Shown: positions 39,226 to 54,500, counted from the first letter of the whole stretch. The stretch is DNA of 62,267 bases, filler included, from Chiloscyllium plagiosum (GCF_004010195.1; 4 parts of one record of this genome joined end to end with filler, not necessarily neighbours in it); one strand, 5' to 3'. Notes: generated by a model from the letters alone, not told the origin. Program-made: numbers and translations.

Positions 39226-39815
39226 ATCTTGGGTTGAATGGCTGCTCTCTGAGTCGCAAATTTTCTCTGGCCCAATGAGTTACAACATATTGAAAAGAAA
39301 GCAAATAGTTGGTTCATCTGTTAAACCAATGTGATAAATGATATTGGTTATACCTCATTTAAAAGGAAAAAATAGTTTTGACCATACATTGATGACACCA
39401 ATTTCAAATATAGCAAAAAAACAAAAAGAGCTAGAGAAACTCAGCAGATCTGGCAGACTCTGTGGAGAGAGAAGCAGAGTCAATGTTTCATGACTCTTCA
39501 GAATTCTCAGCTCTCAGACTTAGTTCTGAAGAAGTTAAATCTGTTTCTCTTTTCACAGATGCTGTCAGATCTACTGAGTTTCTCCAGCATTTTTGATTTT
39601 ATTTTAGATTTCCAATAACCATAGTGTTTCATTCTATTTTTAAACATAGCTCTTTCCAGATCAGGTTATACTGTATTGATTGATCTTTACTAAGCACCTA
39701 ACCATTAATACCATCATGCTGTATGGACCAATTAAAATGATAGCAAATAATGCTGAACTTGTTTGATCATGCTTTAAGCATATGTGACATAATTACAGAA
39801 TGACTTTTCTTCAAG

Positions 39816-39894
39816 GGCCAATTCAGTCACTTGGAATCCCCACAAGATGATGGGAGTTTTGTTGCAGTGTTCAGCAATTCTTGTCCGAGAAAAG
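39816..39894 (+). CDS. gad1: Glutamate decarboxylase 1 (GAD67) internal exon containing the PLP-binding lysine
   Basis: ttttcttcaag|G GCC AAT TCA...GAA AAG|gtatct; [35 protein letters not shown] is GAD1-like (GAD2 has VPLQCSALL). Confidence 0.97.
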
Positions 39895-42800
39895 GTATCT
39901 ACTTGAATTATTTTTCATAATGTAGATATTATGAGCTTTCTTTGAGTTGAATTGTTACAACATAGTAAGGATGGTTTAGCTTCTTTTACAACACAATTCT
40001 GCACATGTATTCAGTTCTAAAACAAACATTATTAACTATTTTGGCAAATGGTATGAATTGCAAAAATTGTCATTTACGTTTCTCTCTAACTTTCTTTAAG
40101 AGGACCTTTGTCTCGTCATCCAGAAGTAACATAATTCTAAATCTTATGAAGGGGAATATTTGTAATAAATTAAGTATCATACATCTCCTTCTATTTCTAT
40201 GTCTGTTCAAAACTCCTATGGCTGAACCCCTATGAGAAAATCTTTTGTGCAACATTTTCAAGTTCTGTTCTTGTGGCCTGAAGGTGGGGCACTGCCTTAA
40301 TTTGAGTGGAACTTTGTATGACAGAGGTAACTCCCCACTGTTTCACTAACTCACCTTTCACTGATGGGCATGGTTTTGTATAATAACCTACCCGTGGACA
40401 AGAATCATAAATTTCAATCCAGTTAAGTTTTTGGTCTCAGATTTCTCAACATTTTTTAGAGTTTTAGATTAAAATTTATCTCTAGACCCATAATATTCAG
40501 ACACATGCTCAGAAGCTTTACATATTTACCTGGGTTAATACTTAGTAGATTGGATGATCCAGTTGATTGGTCTAGTTTTGCACTAGAATTTGGATTTGAA
40601 ACCAGCCCAAGCTGATGAATGTCCCTTCCAGGCTAGTAATACCCCTAGGGAACTGAGTTTGAAAATAGAATCACAGCACAAAACACCAAAAATAAAATTT
40701 CATATGGATATTGTTCTGATGTTGATATGGAGCCAATTTTCATCTACTTCAGACATTAACTACAACAAACTTGTTCGTATTTGGTAAACACATTGTACAC
40801 TGAATGTTCTTTCATTCACCTTTTGAGCACTGAAAAAATGTAACAATAACTGTGATTTTGGAAAAGGTTTGTAGCTCAGGTTGTGGATCAGGTAGTAAGT
40901 TTGCTCGCTGAGCTGGTAGATGTGTCCTCAGACATTTTGTCACCATGCTAGGTAGCATAACCAGTGAGCCTCTGATGAAGCGCTAGTGTCTTTCCACTCC
41001 TGGCAATTCTAAACCTCTCATCTTTGCTTCTTATCATTTACTTTTGACTTATTTCCATATCAGTCATGCGCAATATTTGTTCAAGATTGTGGGCACTCTT
41101 GTCTTTTTCACCTGTCGCAATGATAGTCAAGTTCCAATCAAGATTCAGGTTATGGTTTATACGATATGCTTTCATCATGGTTCAAACTCCAAAACATAAC
41201 ATAGAAGGTCTTTCTTTTGCCCACTATGTTTAGATTCAGGATCAAAGTCTGAAGTAGATTTGTGGCAAACAAGTGAATGAGTTAAAAATATAAAGAGATA
41301 CAACTTTCATTGACAGCTGTTTATTAATACACAAAGGTGAGAGATTACTTAATGCTAAGCACTTACTTTGCCTACATCTTTTAAACAGGTACTTGGATTA
41401 AGAAGCTGATATTGGGTGAACATACAAAATTTGGCTGATTGCAAGTAATCCTACAGGGTTATTTCACCTTTCTAAAGACAGATTGTTCATCAGCTAACTC
41501 ATGGGAAAACAGTGAAGTTTGAGACAAAAACTGATGAATGGCATTGTGTGGAGTTTAGGTGTTTGCCTCGTGGGGTCCGGGCCAATGCACCTCAAACTAG
41601 TGAAACCACAGTTTGTTGGAAAATGGTACAAAGCCAGGACAGTGGTGGAAATATGGCAGTGGATTCCATGCTCTCTGTCTACCTTTCTACCATCTACTTG
41701 CCTGTCTCTGAACAATCTGAAAGTTTACAGTGGGAGTAAAGAGAGGAACAACTAATGGCCACTCAAGGACTGCAGGCCACCACTACCTTCAGTGGGGGAG
41801 GCCCACACCATTTGTAAAACCCAGTAGTTTTAGTTGCACACACTGATGTCAGGTAAGTGGGAGGACTTCTTTTGCAGGTCTTTTGGGCCCATCAAAGTCA
41901 CTTCTACCCTCTGCTTAGCCTCTTGAAATTGGCCTACCTCCACCCATTTCACCAATGTTTGAGATCTTTACACCAAATAACCTTTTGCCTTCATAGTCAC
42001 AAGAAAACCACTGACATGTACATTCCCTTTCCTAGATCAGCAGTGTCACACATTCTCTTTAGTAGCGAGGCATTGGTAGATCATAACATTAAGCCTTTCC
42101 TCAATCCAGCAGGTACTGAAAAGACATGCATTGGTGTTTGATTGTCTTCTATTTTAATGGTAGACTATGAATATACCAATCCTACTAAGAATCTGACTCT
42201 TAAACCAGCAATAACTTTATTTAAGCAAAACAAATAAATTGAAAATTAACAACCTGATATAGCAAATTATACACTTTGATATTATCCTTGATATACAATA
42301 CAATAAATAATCCTTCCACTTTATCTCCAAATGTAAAGCATAAAACAAGTTCACTTGACAATGAAGTTCAATCTGACCCATAAGGTAGCACAGATTTAAG
42401 ATACACAGTTCCTCTGTTACTACATTTCAGTGCCTTCCTCAAATACTTATCAAATAGCAATCACACAAAGTAGCTAGGATTCAACTTAGGCTTTTGGTTC
42501 AATTGATTTAATTGTTAAGATGGAGGATCCAGAAGAGTAATTCTCTTCAGACAGTGTTTCTGCTGAATGATTATGGCAGAATGTATGTACTAAAAATCTG
42601 TGCAGAGGTACTTTAAATGACCGATTTCCATTATATATAGAAAATTGAGTGACTAATTATAATAATTCAGAATGTCTATGTACTCAATAGATATCCACAG
42701 ATGAATGCACCAGATGGCTGCTATGTGCTGTATAGTTTAAGTTACGCCAGTCAATTAGAAATTAGTGAATAATTATATTTCTACCACAGAAAAAGAGAGC

Positions 42801-43425
42801 ATTGGATGCAACTAAATTTGTAAATTTACCATTTCTGTACCTCTTGGTCTTTGTCCCAATTATAAGAAGTATAATCGAAAGAAATTATCAGAGAAGTTCT
42901 GACCATTTTAGTATGTTTGACTTTTTACAAATGCAATATATTTAGGTAAGATTTTAACTTATGAACAGTGTGAGGTGGGGTGAAAATTCATTCGGAGTTT
43001 AATTTAGATATTTGTGTGATTATTAAACACTGTACATGATTTTTTTTCTAGCCTCAACTGTCAGAATTGCTTTTTTTCTGGTTTCTCCTTACAAGCACCT
43101 CCTGCATTGGAAACAATCAACCAAAGCAGTAGAGGAATTACTTCAAAAAAATACAAAAGGTTTTTTTTAATTCACAAAACTATTTGACTCAGCTCCAACA
43201 TATGAAGCAATGGGCCAGATTTTGCTCTCACTAGTGAACAAATGACCTGTTCATCTTGTTTATGTTTGCTCGCAGATTTTCTAAGGGGCTTTGCACTGAA
43301 CTATCCTGTACATGAAAGAACCAAAATGACACTACACTGTCTGCAGGAAATCTAGGACCTGTATGTAACAGGATAAGCAATTGTGCATCTCCTTAACTAA
43401 TCAGGATTGAAGAATCATCAAGTGT

Positions 43426-43707
43426 TAGAATCATACAGCATGGAAAAAGACCCTTCGGTCCCACAGTTGCACGCTGACCAGACATCCCAATCTGACCTAA
43501 TCCCATTAGCCAGCATTCTGAATTATTATAATTAGTCACTCAATTTTTTATTTATATCCATCTGGATGCCTTTAAATACTGTAATTGCACCCACCTCCAC
43601 CACTTCCTCTGGCAGCTTGTTCCATACACACACCACATGAGGAATTTATCCTTCAGGTCCTTTTTAAATTTTTCCCCTGTTACCTTAAACTTCTGCCCTC
43701 TAGTCCT
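43426..43707 (-). mobile_element. CR1 3' tail fragment containing a 34-bp foreign insert
   Basis: CATACAGCATGGAAAAAGACCCTTCGGTCC...ACCACTTCCTCTGGCAGC...TGCCCTCTAGT. Confidence 0.8.
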
Positions 43708-46700
43708 TAATAAGCAATGCAGAGTCTGAACCAGGATGTCTCTGCTAGAATATTCAATTCAATGTCACATTAGGTGTTCAAATTGAATGAAGAGCAGGAA
43801 AGGGAAGTTGGATTAAGGAATTGAGGTAGGAGAGATAGTAAAAAAAAGTAATTTAATTTTTGTTATTTGTTAAACTCCAATTTAGCTCTGAAGGAATGAG
43901 ACTCCATATCTGTAAGAGTTAATTTACAATTCCAAAGAAGCTATTTGGTATAACTTAAAACTTATTATGCATTTAAAAAAATAAAGTTTTCAGGACTGGA
44001 TAAACCCTAACGTTTTCTGGAATATTTAGCAGGCATATAATTACAAGTGTATGAGGTGATCTAAATAGATTTTCAGATTCATTGCCTAGGTTACTCAGCC
44101 TTGTCGGGAAACCCTGCTTCAGGCTGTACGTTGCTGATACCTTGTTTGTAACTTCGTTAGTATGGAACATTTTCTATTCAACCTGTGCAGAGATATTATT
44201 ATACACCTCTGGGGAAGGTGGGAATTGAACCCAGACGGAGGAACACTACCACTGCACCACAAGAATCCCATTAGTTTGAGAGTTAGTTATTTTAATGTGT
44301 ATCAGGTATGGATCACTTGGCATCTGTCTTGGCTCTAAAAACAGAAGAATATGGTTTCAAGTTCCATTCCAGAACATAAGTATTTCAGAAAAAAGTACAA
44401 TATTGAAGAGAAGCTGCATTGTTGTTTGGATTTAACATTAGACCAATGTTGTGGCTAAGTAGAGAAGATCCCAGCTGCATTATTTCAAATGGCAGGGTAT
44501 TAGCCTTGATATCAGGACCAATATTTATTTTTCAATCAACAATCCAAAAAAAGATAATACGTGAAAAGATGTTAATAGATTGTAAATCAGCTACATTTCT
44601 TATATTGCAGCAGTGACTAATTTAAAAAATGACTTCAAAATGACTTAAGACTTCCTATGGCCATATAAGGCCCTATGGAAATTCTTATCAATCTTTATTT
44701 CCATACTACTGTGATCCATTCCCCAACTTGCACTCTCTGTAATCCTAAGATCATCCAAATGCTATTGCCTTATGTTTGAACGTGCACCCATGATCTCTGT
44801 GCTCACTGATTTTCATTAGTTCCTGATCAGGCATTGCTTTGAAATTAAAAAAAACGTTCTTTATAATCAAAGCATTCCGAGGTCTTGCTCCTTCCCTTCT
44901 CTGTAATTTGGCCCAGCCCGACAACCCTCCAAGGTCTCTACTTTCCTCTAATTCGGCCATGTCTGCTTCCCTGATTCAATTGCTCCAGTATTGGTGGCTG
45001 AGCTTCCAGCTGTGTAGGCCAATGCACTGAGCTTTCCTCCTCAATACTGTCTCCTCCTCTCTCTTCATTTACGTGATTCTTCATAATCTAATTTTTGCAC
45101 CAGGTTTTTGGCTACTTATTCTAATACCTTCTTACATGACTTTGTGTCCAATTTTGCAAAGTACTTTCAGATGTTTTGCTACTTTAGAAGTACCTTACAA
45201 AGGGATCAAAGGATATTGTGGGAAAGTGGGAACAAAATACTGAGTTGGATGATAAACCATGATCATATTGAATGGTTTACCAGACTCAAAGGGCCAAATG
45301 GCCTACTCCTGCTCCTATTTTCTATATTTCTATATTTCTAAACAAAAGTCAAAGCTGAGCAAGTCTCATCATCCAGAGTTGAATTGAAGAGGGTGCAAAT
45401 TAATTAGACATGCAGCCCTACTATAATATTAAGGAAACACCCATCTTTCTGGTATCATATTGATTGCCCGCCTGTATCCCCTGCTCTGCCTCCAGTAAAA
45501 GTGAAAGAGGACTGATTGGAGATGGGTTGGATTTGGATTCAAACTTTAACCTCCCACTTGAAATAAACCTGCCTGCTTCTTTGTTGTTAAAGTTCTCCTT
45601 GTGTTTTACATGAGGATTCTTCAATCTGATTGGTTGAAGAATCTTACCAGTACTAAGTTGTGCATGCCATCAATATCCTGTAGGGGGGGCATCACAAAAA
45701 GTATGATGCCCAATGACAGAGAGTTGTCGCCCAAATCCCATGGAATTTCAAGGACCAAGCATCGTACTTTTGCCACTGATTATAAAATATAGGCCATTGC
45801 ATTTGGTTCAAAGTATAAGTTTACATTTGTAGCCAAAGTTATAATTTTGTTTTAATGCAGAGTAGCAATGAATCTGGAAGGTAAATCAAAATCAAACTGA
45901 CAAGTAACTTAATAAACTTTTGATGTCTGTTTCAACTCACAATTTCCAGATTGGTTGTATTTCCTGTGAAAGTTCTAATCTTACTTCTAATTGTTTTTAA
46001 ACATTTCAACCAAAGTGATAGTTACACAACTCTTTACATGAAGTTACAAATTAGCTGTTTGGCATGAAAGTACAAGCATAATGGAACCTTTGATTATTCT
46101 GATGCTCCTAGGCCCAACAGTAGAATATTGGGATTTAGGTAAGGGTCAAATTGGGTCCTGGTCCCAGTCAACTGACAGTAATTCTCCCTCAATTGGCCAG
46201 TTGATGGCCAGGGGGGCTTTTTAACAATGAATTAAGAAGAGTAAACAGGATCTATAATAGGTTCTCCAACATGAATGGAACTGCAGCCACTACTGTAGTT
46301 TAGGGACAGAGCTGATGCCTTTGTTGTGAGGCATCCTTTCAGCAACTTGAAAAACAAATTGAATTAGGACATGGCCACAAGATCCACCATTGTGGATGGG
46401 ATGTCCATTCAGAAAGTGGCTCCTACTAGGCACAAGAGGTGAGCTTCCAAAACTATCTGGAGCACTGGTCTGGTCAAGGACCTGCTGGAAGATAGCCCTT
46501 CTAACTCTGATCCTACTTCCAAGAACATGGTAAATTAGCAAGCCTGACGGCGAAGTGAGTTAATATGCCAGCCTGACAATGGGGTGAAAATTCTGCTCTA
46601 AGTAAAAATAAACTCAGATTAAAGTGCTAAAATTGGTAGGCTAAATTTAATGTGTGGAGTTATTATGGCTGTTAAAATCTAATTAAGGTCTAAATTGAAA

Positions 46701-48999
46701 GTATCAAGTCATGGTAAACGGTATTACCACTGGGAATAAGAACTGACTGTTAGAGCTAGTGTTAGCAATAATAATGCTGAAAAGAGTGGAAAATACATTT
46801 TTGATGGGGTAGAAATGGCTGGCTGATTAAAACGTGGTTCTTCATGCAAAGAAATTAACAGCACTCAGGGCAGAATTCTCTTCTCAGCAGGACTAGCGAG
46901 AGAAAAATCAGGCAGTCAGCACTCTCACTGTTACCCTGCCATGAGATGCCACTTCTATGATTTCCCACTAGAACTGAGATCAGGAGTATAATACATTCAT
47001 GCAAATAATTGTGGTCATTTTATAATTAGATGCAAATGATGATAATGCACAATTTCTGTCACTTGCACATTACTAATTCTAAGAACTAGGAATGCTGTGC
47101 ACACATCCTATCCTAAGGTTGCAATGGGCTGCAAAGATGATTTCAAGCTTCTGTAGCAAATTTGTCCAGTGCTACATTAGTGATAGTGCGAGGTAAGGCA
47201 AAAACTTTAAAATAAAAGTTATTTTAAGTTTTGACACTTTTGGTGACTTTGCCAGCTGTGCACGGTATTGTGTTTCTGCACCTTTCAGATGTTTCAGCTA
47301 TGCTAGACTCCGTCAAATTCATTCAAATGGTCCTGACCCTGAGAAACTGGCTACGGTCAGAGATGGCAGTGGTGTGAGAGGGCTATGGTCTACCCAAGTT
47401 ATAAGCCATTGTTTCCAAGAAGAAATTCCATCTGCACATTCTTAAAACACCCAGGAAGGTGATAGCTTTACATGACTGTATTGCAATGCAGGAAGCTGTA
47501 GGACAGGAAATGGGTTGAATTGGGTTTTTTTGGAAAATGTGATGACTGCTGTGTGGTTTTTCTGCTGAAACAGCAAAGCTAAAAATAGAAGTAGTATTAG
47601 AATTTTATAAACTTTCAATAAGGTATCTGTAACTAAATGAACTGTTCATTTTTTTGTTACCTGAAAAATAAAGCGAAAAGTTAAGCATGAAATTGACAGA
47701 TAGTAAAATCTACAATATATTATAATTAAACATGGGAAATTAAAACCACATTCTATTTGCCAAAAATCTTAGCTTAGACTTACTGCTGGAAATACGAAAG
47801 AGAGCTGGTAGATGTATTCAAATGAAAATGACAGGACTTTGTCACATTATTTCAGCTCTCGAATATCAGATGGTATTAGAACTCCACAATATGACAGGCA
47901 GTATGATCACAGCAGTAAATCTAGCCTGTGAAATTTAATGCATGCCTCATGTGAGTGTCATAGTTATTTTACTTTAGCCATCATACTTTAGATGTCATGC
48001 TTCATTATATTTTCTGATTAATTGTAAAAATGCCACCAGAAGTCTGATAGCTTTTAAAAATTATTTTCAGGAAATGAACATCAATGCCTGCCATTTATTG
48101 CCCATCCGTATTTGACCTGAGAATCTTTTCCTGAAACAGTTGGTGTACCAGTTTGATTCAAATGTGTGCGCTGCTATAGGTCGTTAAGAATGAAACATGT
48201 TGGTATATGACTGGAGTCATAGGGAGGGGAGACAAATTTCCTTTTCTTAACTGAGCCAGTTGAGACTTTAGGCCCAATGCCCATTATGGACACACTTCCC
48301 CATCCCAAATTTAGATTTTAAAATCCAGTTTCTCTTTTCAAACTGCTATGCAGTGATACGAAATCTTGTAGATTATTAGTCCAGTAACATAACCACTCAG
48401 CTATTGTACTTATGTTAAAACATTTGCAGATAATTTCTGTACGTAACCCACATTTATTCCTGAAACACTTCCCCGTCACACTTTGTCGAAAACCTCTTTA
48501 CTATCACAAAGCAATGTTTTGTGTAATAAATTAAAAGCAATGCCACGGGAAATATGCTACAGCATATTGTGCAAAGCAAAGATTTGCTGTGTCCCTCTCA
48601 CCTTGTAGCATTCTAACAAGTTTGTCTTTGGCTACTTGCTACCCTTAAACCATAGTTTCTATATTTATCTCCCTTTCAATCCTTTTTACAGGGCATCTTG
48701 TATCAAATTGAGGTGCTACTTAATCTTGTTTCATAATTTTTGCTGCTAATATTGTGATTCCCGCTACCAAACCTTTTCAGCTGGAAGCACAGCTCTGATT
48801 CCATTGTTAGTCCTGCTGTCCCAAGTTAGACTTTAGCTCCAATGTCCCACACTCCAAGCTATTCTCCCACCACTTTCTAAATTACAAGCACTATGTTCTA
48901 AGCATGAATGGGGATTAGCTTTGAGTTGTTTAAATTCATTCAGCATTGTAAGAAATAATTTCTCTTTTAAAAGAATTCAACTAAAAGCAGAAAAAAACC

Positions 49000-49262
49000 C
49001 AAAGGACTGTGGATGCTTAAATCAGAAACAAAAGCAGAAATTGCTGGAAAAGCTCAGCAGGTCTGGCAGCAACTGAGAAGAGAAATCAGAGTTAGCATTT
49101 CAGGTCCACAGAATTGGACCTGAAACATTAACTCTGATTTCTCTTAAATGGTTCAGGTCCAGTTCTGTGGAAGGGTCACGGGATCTGAAACGCTAACTCT
49201 GATTTCTCTTCTCAAATGCTGCCAGACCTGCTGAGCTTTCCCAGCAACTTCTGTTTTTGTGT
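49000..49262. mobile_element. Penelope-derived foldback element
   Basis: Arms GCTGGAAAAGCTCAGCAGGTCTGGCAGC...AGAGAAATCAGAGTTA / TAACTCTGATTTCTCT...GCTGCCAGACCTGCTGAGCTTTCCCAGC; a related foldback lies at ~39420-39610. Confidence 0.7.
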
Positions 49263-49474
49263 CAACTAAAAGCAATTTCCTCATCATAACTGATTGCAAC
49301 CATTTTAGCTCTCCTTCTCCCCCTCTCCAAAACCACAGGAGTAATTGGTAGATGATTAGATGTTTGAAAAAAAAGACAATGCCCAATTGCTGGTTTAGCT
49401 TTGTCTCCCAAGATGAATCTTAACTCACTGGTCTATAGTTTCCAAGATTTTACTTCAATCCTCCTTCAGCATGA

Positions 49475-50700
49475 GGACATAAGAGTTAGGAGGAGGAGGA
49501 AGCCATTTGGCTCCTTGGAACAGCTCTGCCATTCAATGAGATAATAGCTGATTTGCTTGAGGTCTTATCTCCACTTCCCTGCCTGTCCCCTGCTGCTTTT
49601 GACTGACTTGTCAATCAAACTTTGTGTAACAGCCTTAAATATATTCAATGACCCAACCTCAACTGCTTATGAAAAAGAGTATTCCAAAGGCTAACAACCC
49701 TCAAAGTAGAAATTCTCTTCAATTCCATCTTAAATGGGAATCACCTTATTTTTAAACTGTGCCCCATGGTTCTACACCATTACAAGGAAAATTTTTCTCG
49801 TCACCTATGCAGACAAGCCCATCAGAATTTTATATATATATCAATAAGGTCATCGAATATTTTTCTAAATTTCAATGAGTATGGGTGCAATCTGTTCAAT
49901 CTTTCCTCATAAAACAAGCCCCTCATCCCAGGAATTGGTCTAATGAACCTTCTCTGAGCTGTTTCCAAGTCAAATATACCCCTCCGTGAGTAGGGTGACC
50001 AAAGATGCACCAAGTACACTCTATGTATGATTTCATCAATGTCTAGTACAGCAGTAATAAGACTTCCCTCCTTTTATATATTATCACTCTTCCAATAAAG
50101 GCTAATGTTCCGTTTACCTTCCTAATTATTTGCCGTGCACACATACTGACATTTTGTGATTGGTGTATAAGGATATCTGCACACACTGCATTGATGCATT
50201 TTATAGTGGTTTTACATTTAAATTATGTTCTGTTTTTCTATTCTTCCTATTAAAATGAATAACCTCTTTGTTTTCCCACATTATACTCCATCTGCCAAAT
50301 TTTTGGCCACTCATTTAACCTATCCATGCCCTTTGGAAAACTCTTTGGATTCTCAAACCAGTCAGCAATATTGGCAACAATAAATTCAATCCCTTCATTT
50401 CAATCATAAATATAGTTTGTAAATAATTGAAACCCCAGCACTGATTCCTGTGACACTCCATTAGTTACAGTTTGTCATGGTGAAAATGACTGACTCTCTG
50501 TTTCCTATTAGGTAGCTAGTCCTCCACCCACGCTATTATTTAGTCTCCATTACCATAAGGTCTTATCTTATGTAATAACGCTTTTTCAGCACATTATCAA
50601 ATTCCTTTAGGAAATCCGAATGCACTGTCTACTCCTTGTCCTTTGTCCGGTCTGATTTCTATATTGTTAATGGACTCTAATAAACTTGTCAAATAATATT
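49475..50700 (-). mobile_element. Decayed CR1 RT/3' end
   Basis: YLVHLWSPYSRRGIFDLETAQRRFIRPIPGMRGLFYEERLNRL. Confidence 0.8.
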
Positions 50701-51294
50701 TCTCTTCCACAACTGACATTGATTCTGCCTGATTTCTTTCTAAAAAAGGCTATCCCAGTTGCCATTTCCCAGTCATCAGGACTACTCAGGACACAGCAGG
50801 CTATTTTTGTTATCTCAGTGTGCCACGTACTTCCAACCATTTTTTCACTCTCCAGGAAAAACTTAAATCTGAATTTGATGTCCTCTTTGCCTTGAAATTC
50901 ATTAATTTGGCGAATGCCATTTCCTTTGAGAGCTGCAAACAATCTATCTGAGTTTAATACTTGTTTGTTTCTTGAGGTAAAGATTGAATATCCTTTCTTA
51001 ATCTGTCCAATTCTTCAGTCATATCCTTGTTATTATTTATAATCTTATTGCATCACAATTATTGGTGTTAATTGTTCTATAACTTAACTGTAATTCCTAA
51101 TATCAGCAAACTTTTATGAACTTGATTATTTTGAATGTTTTCTGCAACTCTGCTTTCTGAGATCATTTCAGCAAGCCAAACACCGTTATTTTGTAAACCA
51201 TAAGTGCTTCTGAACTTAACTGTTCCAGAAAGTAAATACTTAGACTTCCAAGCCAAATGGACAAGGCAGCATTGAAGGTAAGGAGGTTGATGAT

Positions 51295-51430
51295 AGGAGA
51301 CAGTGAGGTCTGCAGATGCTGGAGGTCAGAGTTGAGATTGTGTTGCTGGAAAAGCACAGCAGGTCAGGCAGCAACCGAGGAGCAGGAAAATTGACGTTTT
51401 GGGCCAGAGGTCTTCATCAGGAATGAGGAT
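51295..51430 (-). mobile_element. Penelope terminal-repeat fragment
   Basis: GTGAGGTCTGCAGATGCTGGAG...GCTGGAAAAGCACAGCAGGTCAGGCAGC...CTTCATCAGGAATG. Confidence 0.75.
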
Positions 51431-51599
51431 AACGATAGCCAGAGTGGGCAAGGAACGACAGAGTATACAAGCATTAAGAGAAAAGAGCAATTAGGTTTAA
51501 AAGGAGAAAAATAATAACAAACCAAACCTAATGGTTCTTATTTAAATGTGCATAGCATTTGAAACAAAATAAATGAAATAATGGCACAAAGAGATTGTG

Positions 51600-54500
51600 G
51601 ATATAATCTGTAATAATTGCAGAGATATATTTGCAAGGTGACCAAAGCTGGGAACTCAAATTTAGTGGCATTTGAATTTTCAAAAGGATTTGCAGGAAGG
51701 AAATGGTGGTGGAGTAACCTTATTAATGCAAAGATGGAATAAGTACAATAGCGAATCATGACCTATGATCATATTAGGTAGAATGCAAATGGTTGGCAGT
51801 AAGAAATAACAACAGGAAGAACAAACTGGTGGGAGTAATTTGTAAGTTCCTGAAAAGCAACTGTTTTAGAAAAGAGAATAAATCATGATTTAACAAGAGG
51901 AAGTAGAAAAGACACTACGTTAATCATATGTGACTTTAATCATCATCTTGCAAAGACAGTCTTAAGGAAGAGTTCATAGATTGTATTCAGGACAGTTTCC
52001 TAGAAAAATATATTGAAGCTATTTTGGATCTTGTAATATGTAACGAGGCAGGTTTAATAAATCGCCTCAGAGTTAGAGATCCCCCGAGGAACAGTGACCA
52101 TGGCATGGTTGATTTCAACATACAGCATGAGAGTGAGAAACTTGGATTGTAAACAACTGTACTAAAATTAAATAAGTGTAATTACATAGGATAAGGGCAG
52201 AGTTGGATGAAGTGAAATGGGAAAGGAATTAACAGAAAAGCGAAACAATGTCAGACATTTAAGAATATAATTCCTGACTCACAACAAAGATATATCCTAG
52301 TGACATGCAAAAATTGTCAGAAGGGGTAAACTGATCACAGTTAACCAAAGAAGTTAAGAATAGTATCAAACTGAAGAAAATACAAACGATGTGGCAAAAA
52401 TTAGTGGTAAACCAAAGGATTGGGAAACTTCTTAAAACCAACAAAAGATGGACAAAAAAAAATTAAAGAGGGAGACCACAAGGACAAACTTGCAAATAAC
52501 TTATAAATAGAAAGAGCTTCTTTAAAATATATATAAATGGCTAAGTGAACATAGACCCTTTATAGAAGGAGGCTGGGGAAATAATAGTGGGGAAATAGGA
52601 AATGGCAGAAGAGCCGAATAAATGCATAATATCTGTCTTCACGATACTAGCCATTAATAGCACTCCAAACATATTAAATTATCAAGGGTTTAAATGTCGG
52701 GGTAGAGTGACAAAGTAATCAAGAATGATAACTACCTCTAAAGAAAAAGTGCTAGGGAATCTAATGGGCTGAAGAACAATAATTTCCCTGGATATGATGG
52801 GATGCATCCTTGGATTTTAAAGGAAGTAACTACAGAAATAATGGATACATTGGTAGTAATTTTCCAAGAATCCTTAGATTCTGGACAAGTCTCAGAGGGT
52901 TAGATTGCCCATGTATTAAACTTATTCAAAAAGGGTGACACAAGCATAGGTAACTATAGTCATTGTGAAAATGTTAGCATCAATTATAAAGGAAGTATTA
53001 GTAAAACATTTAGAAATGCACAATCTAATTAAACAGGCTTAGCATGGCTTCATGAAGTCTGACAAGTTTATTACAGTTCTTTGAAGGAGTAGCAAGTAGG
53101 ATAACTAAAGGGGAACCTGTAGGTATAATATATTTGGATTTGTGAAAACATTCAATAAGGTACCACACATTAAACTATTAAATAAGATGAGTCCATGTTA
53201 TTTGGGGTAGTACAATAAAATGGATAGGAGATCGGCTAACTAGTAGAATACAGAATTGGATAAATAGGGACACTTCAGGATAGCAATGGATAACTATTGG
53301 AATCCCACAGCAATTAGTGCCGGGGCCACATTATTTACAATACTTATTAATGAATTGGATTGTGGAACTGAATGTAATATCATTAAGTTTGCATGTGACA
53401 CAAATGGCCAGTAGTCAGGTTTATGCAAAATGTCTTGACAAGGATATAAACAGATTGAGTCAGTAGGCAAAAGCTTGGCAGATGGAATATATTGTGGAAA
53501 AAATTGAGATTATGCAATTTGGCAGGATGAATATAAGAGCTGAATACTATTTAAATGGGGAAAGATAGCAGACAGCTGCAGCACAGTTCGATTTGGTGGT
53601 TCTTATGCATCAATCACAAAATGTTAGCATTCAGGTCCGACAAGTAATAGGGAAAATCAATGGAATGTTGACTTTTACTTCAAAGGGAATTGAGTATAAA
53701 CATACAGAAGTCTTACTAAAACTATCCAAGGCACCTGGAATACTGTGAAATGTTTTGGTCCCTATACCTAAGGCAACATATACACACATTGTAGGCAGTC
53801 CAGGAAAGGTTCACAAGATTAATTCCAGGTACAGAGGGCTTTATGTATGAGGACTGATTGAGTGGGTTGAATCTGTACCCAGTGGAGTTTAGAAGAATGA
53901 GAGGAGTCCTCATTGAAATTTTAAGATACTAAGGAACTTGATGGGGTAAATGTAAGATATTGTTTTCCCCTTATGGGACAATCTAGGACCTGAGGGCATG
54001 ATCTCAGTTGGGAGTTGCCCATTTAAGAAAAGGATAAGGAAGAGTTTCTTCTCTCATAGAGTAGTGCATCAGCGGAATTTGTTACTGCAGAGAGCTCTCT
54101 AGGCTGGGTGATTGAGTATATTCATGGCTGAGGTAACCAGATTTTTAATCAGTAAGGGAATTGATAGCTTTGTGAATAAGGTAGGAAAGTGGAGTTGAGG
54201 ATTATCAGATCAACCATGATTTCATTATATGAGGGAGAAGACTTGATGGACCAAATGGCTGCCTGCTGCCCTTACATCTTGTGGTATTTTGATCTAGAAC
54301 AGTGTTGAACAGCAAAGTCTCTTATTTCATAAGGAAGCTCTCAACTGGTAATAATGACCTTGGTCTTGTTTGTTTCCACAATTTCTCTGAATAGTCTGCC
54401 TTTGGAAGGCTATGTTCATCAATGGAAGTAATGAGTGAGAAGAGATGAAGATGAATGGGGATCCTGTAGATGTAATATGTCAGTACTTCCAGAAGGCCTT

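Noticed and set aside
29250..39894. CpG-island exons as an alternative start for a truncated GAD1
   Set aside because: An artificial linker separates them, and the MNRSW reading ends in phase 0 while the GAD1 exon starts in phase 2
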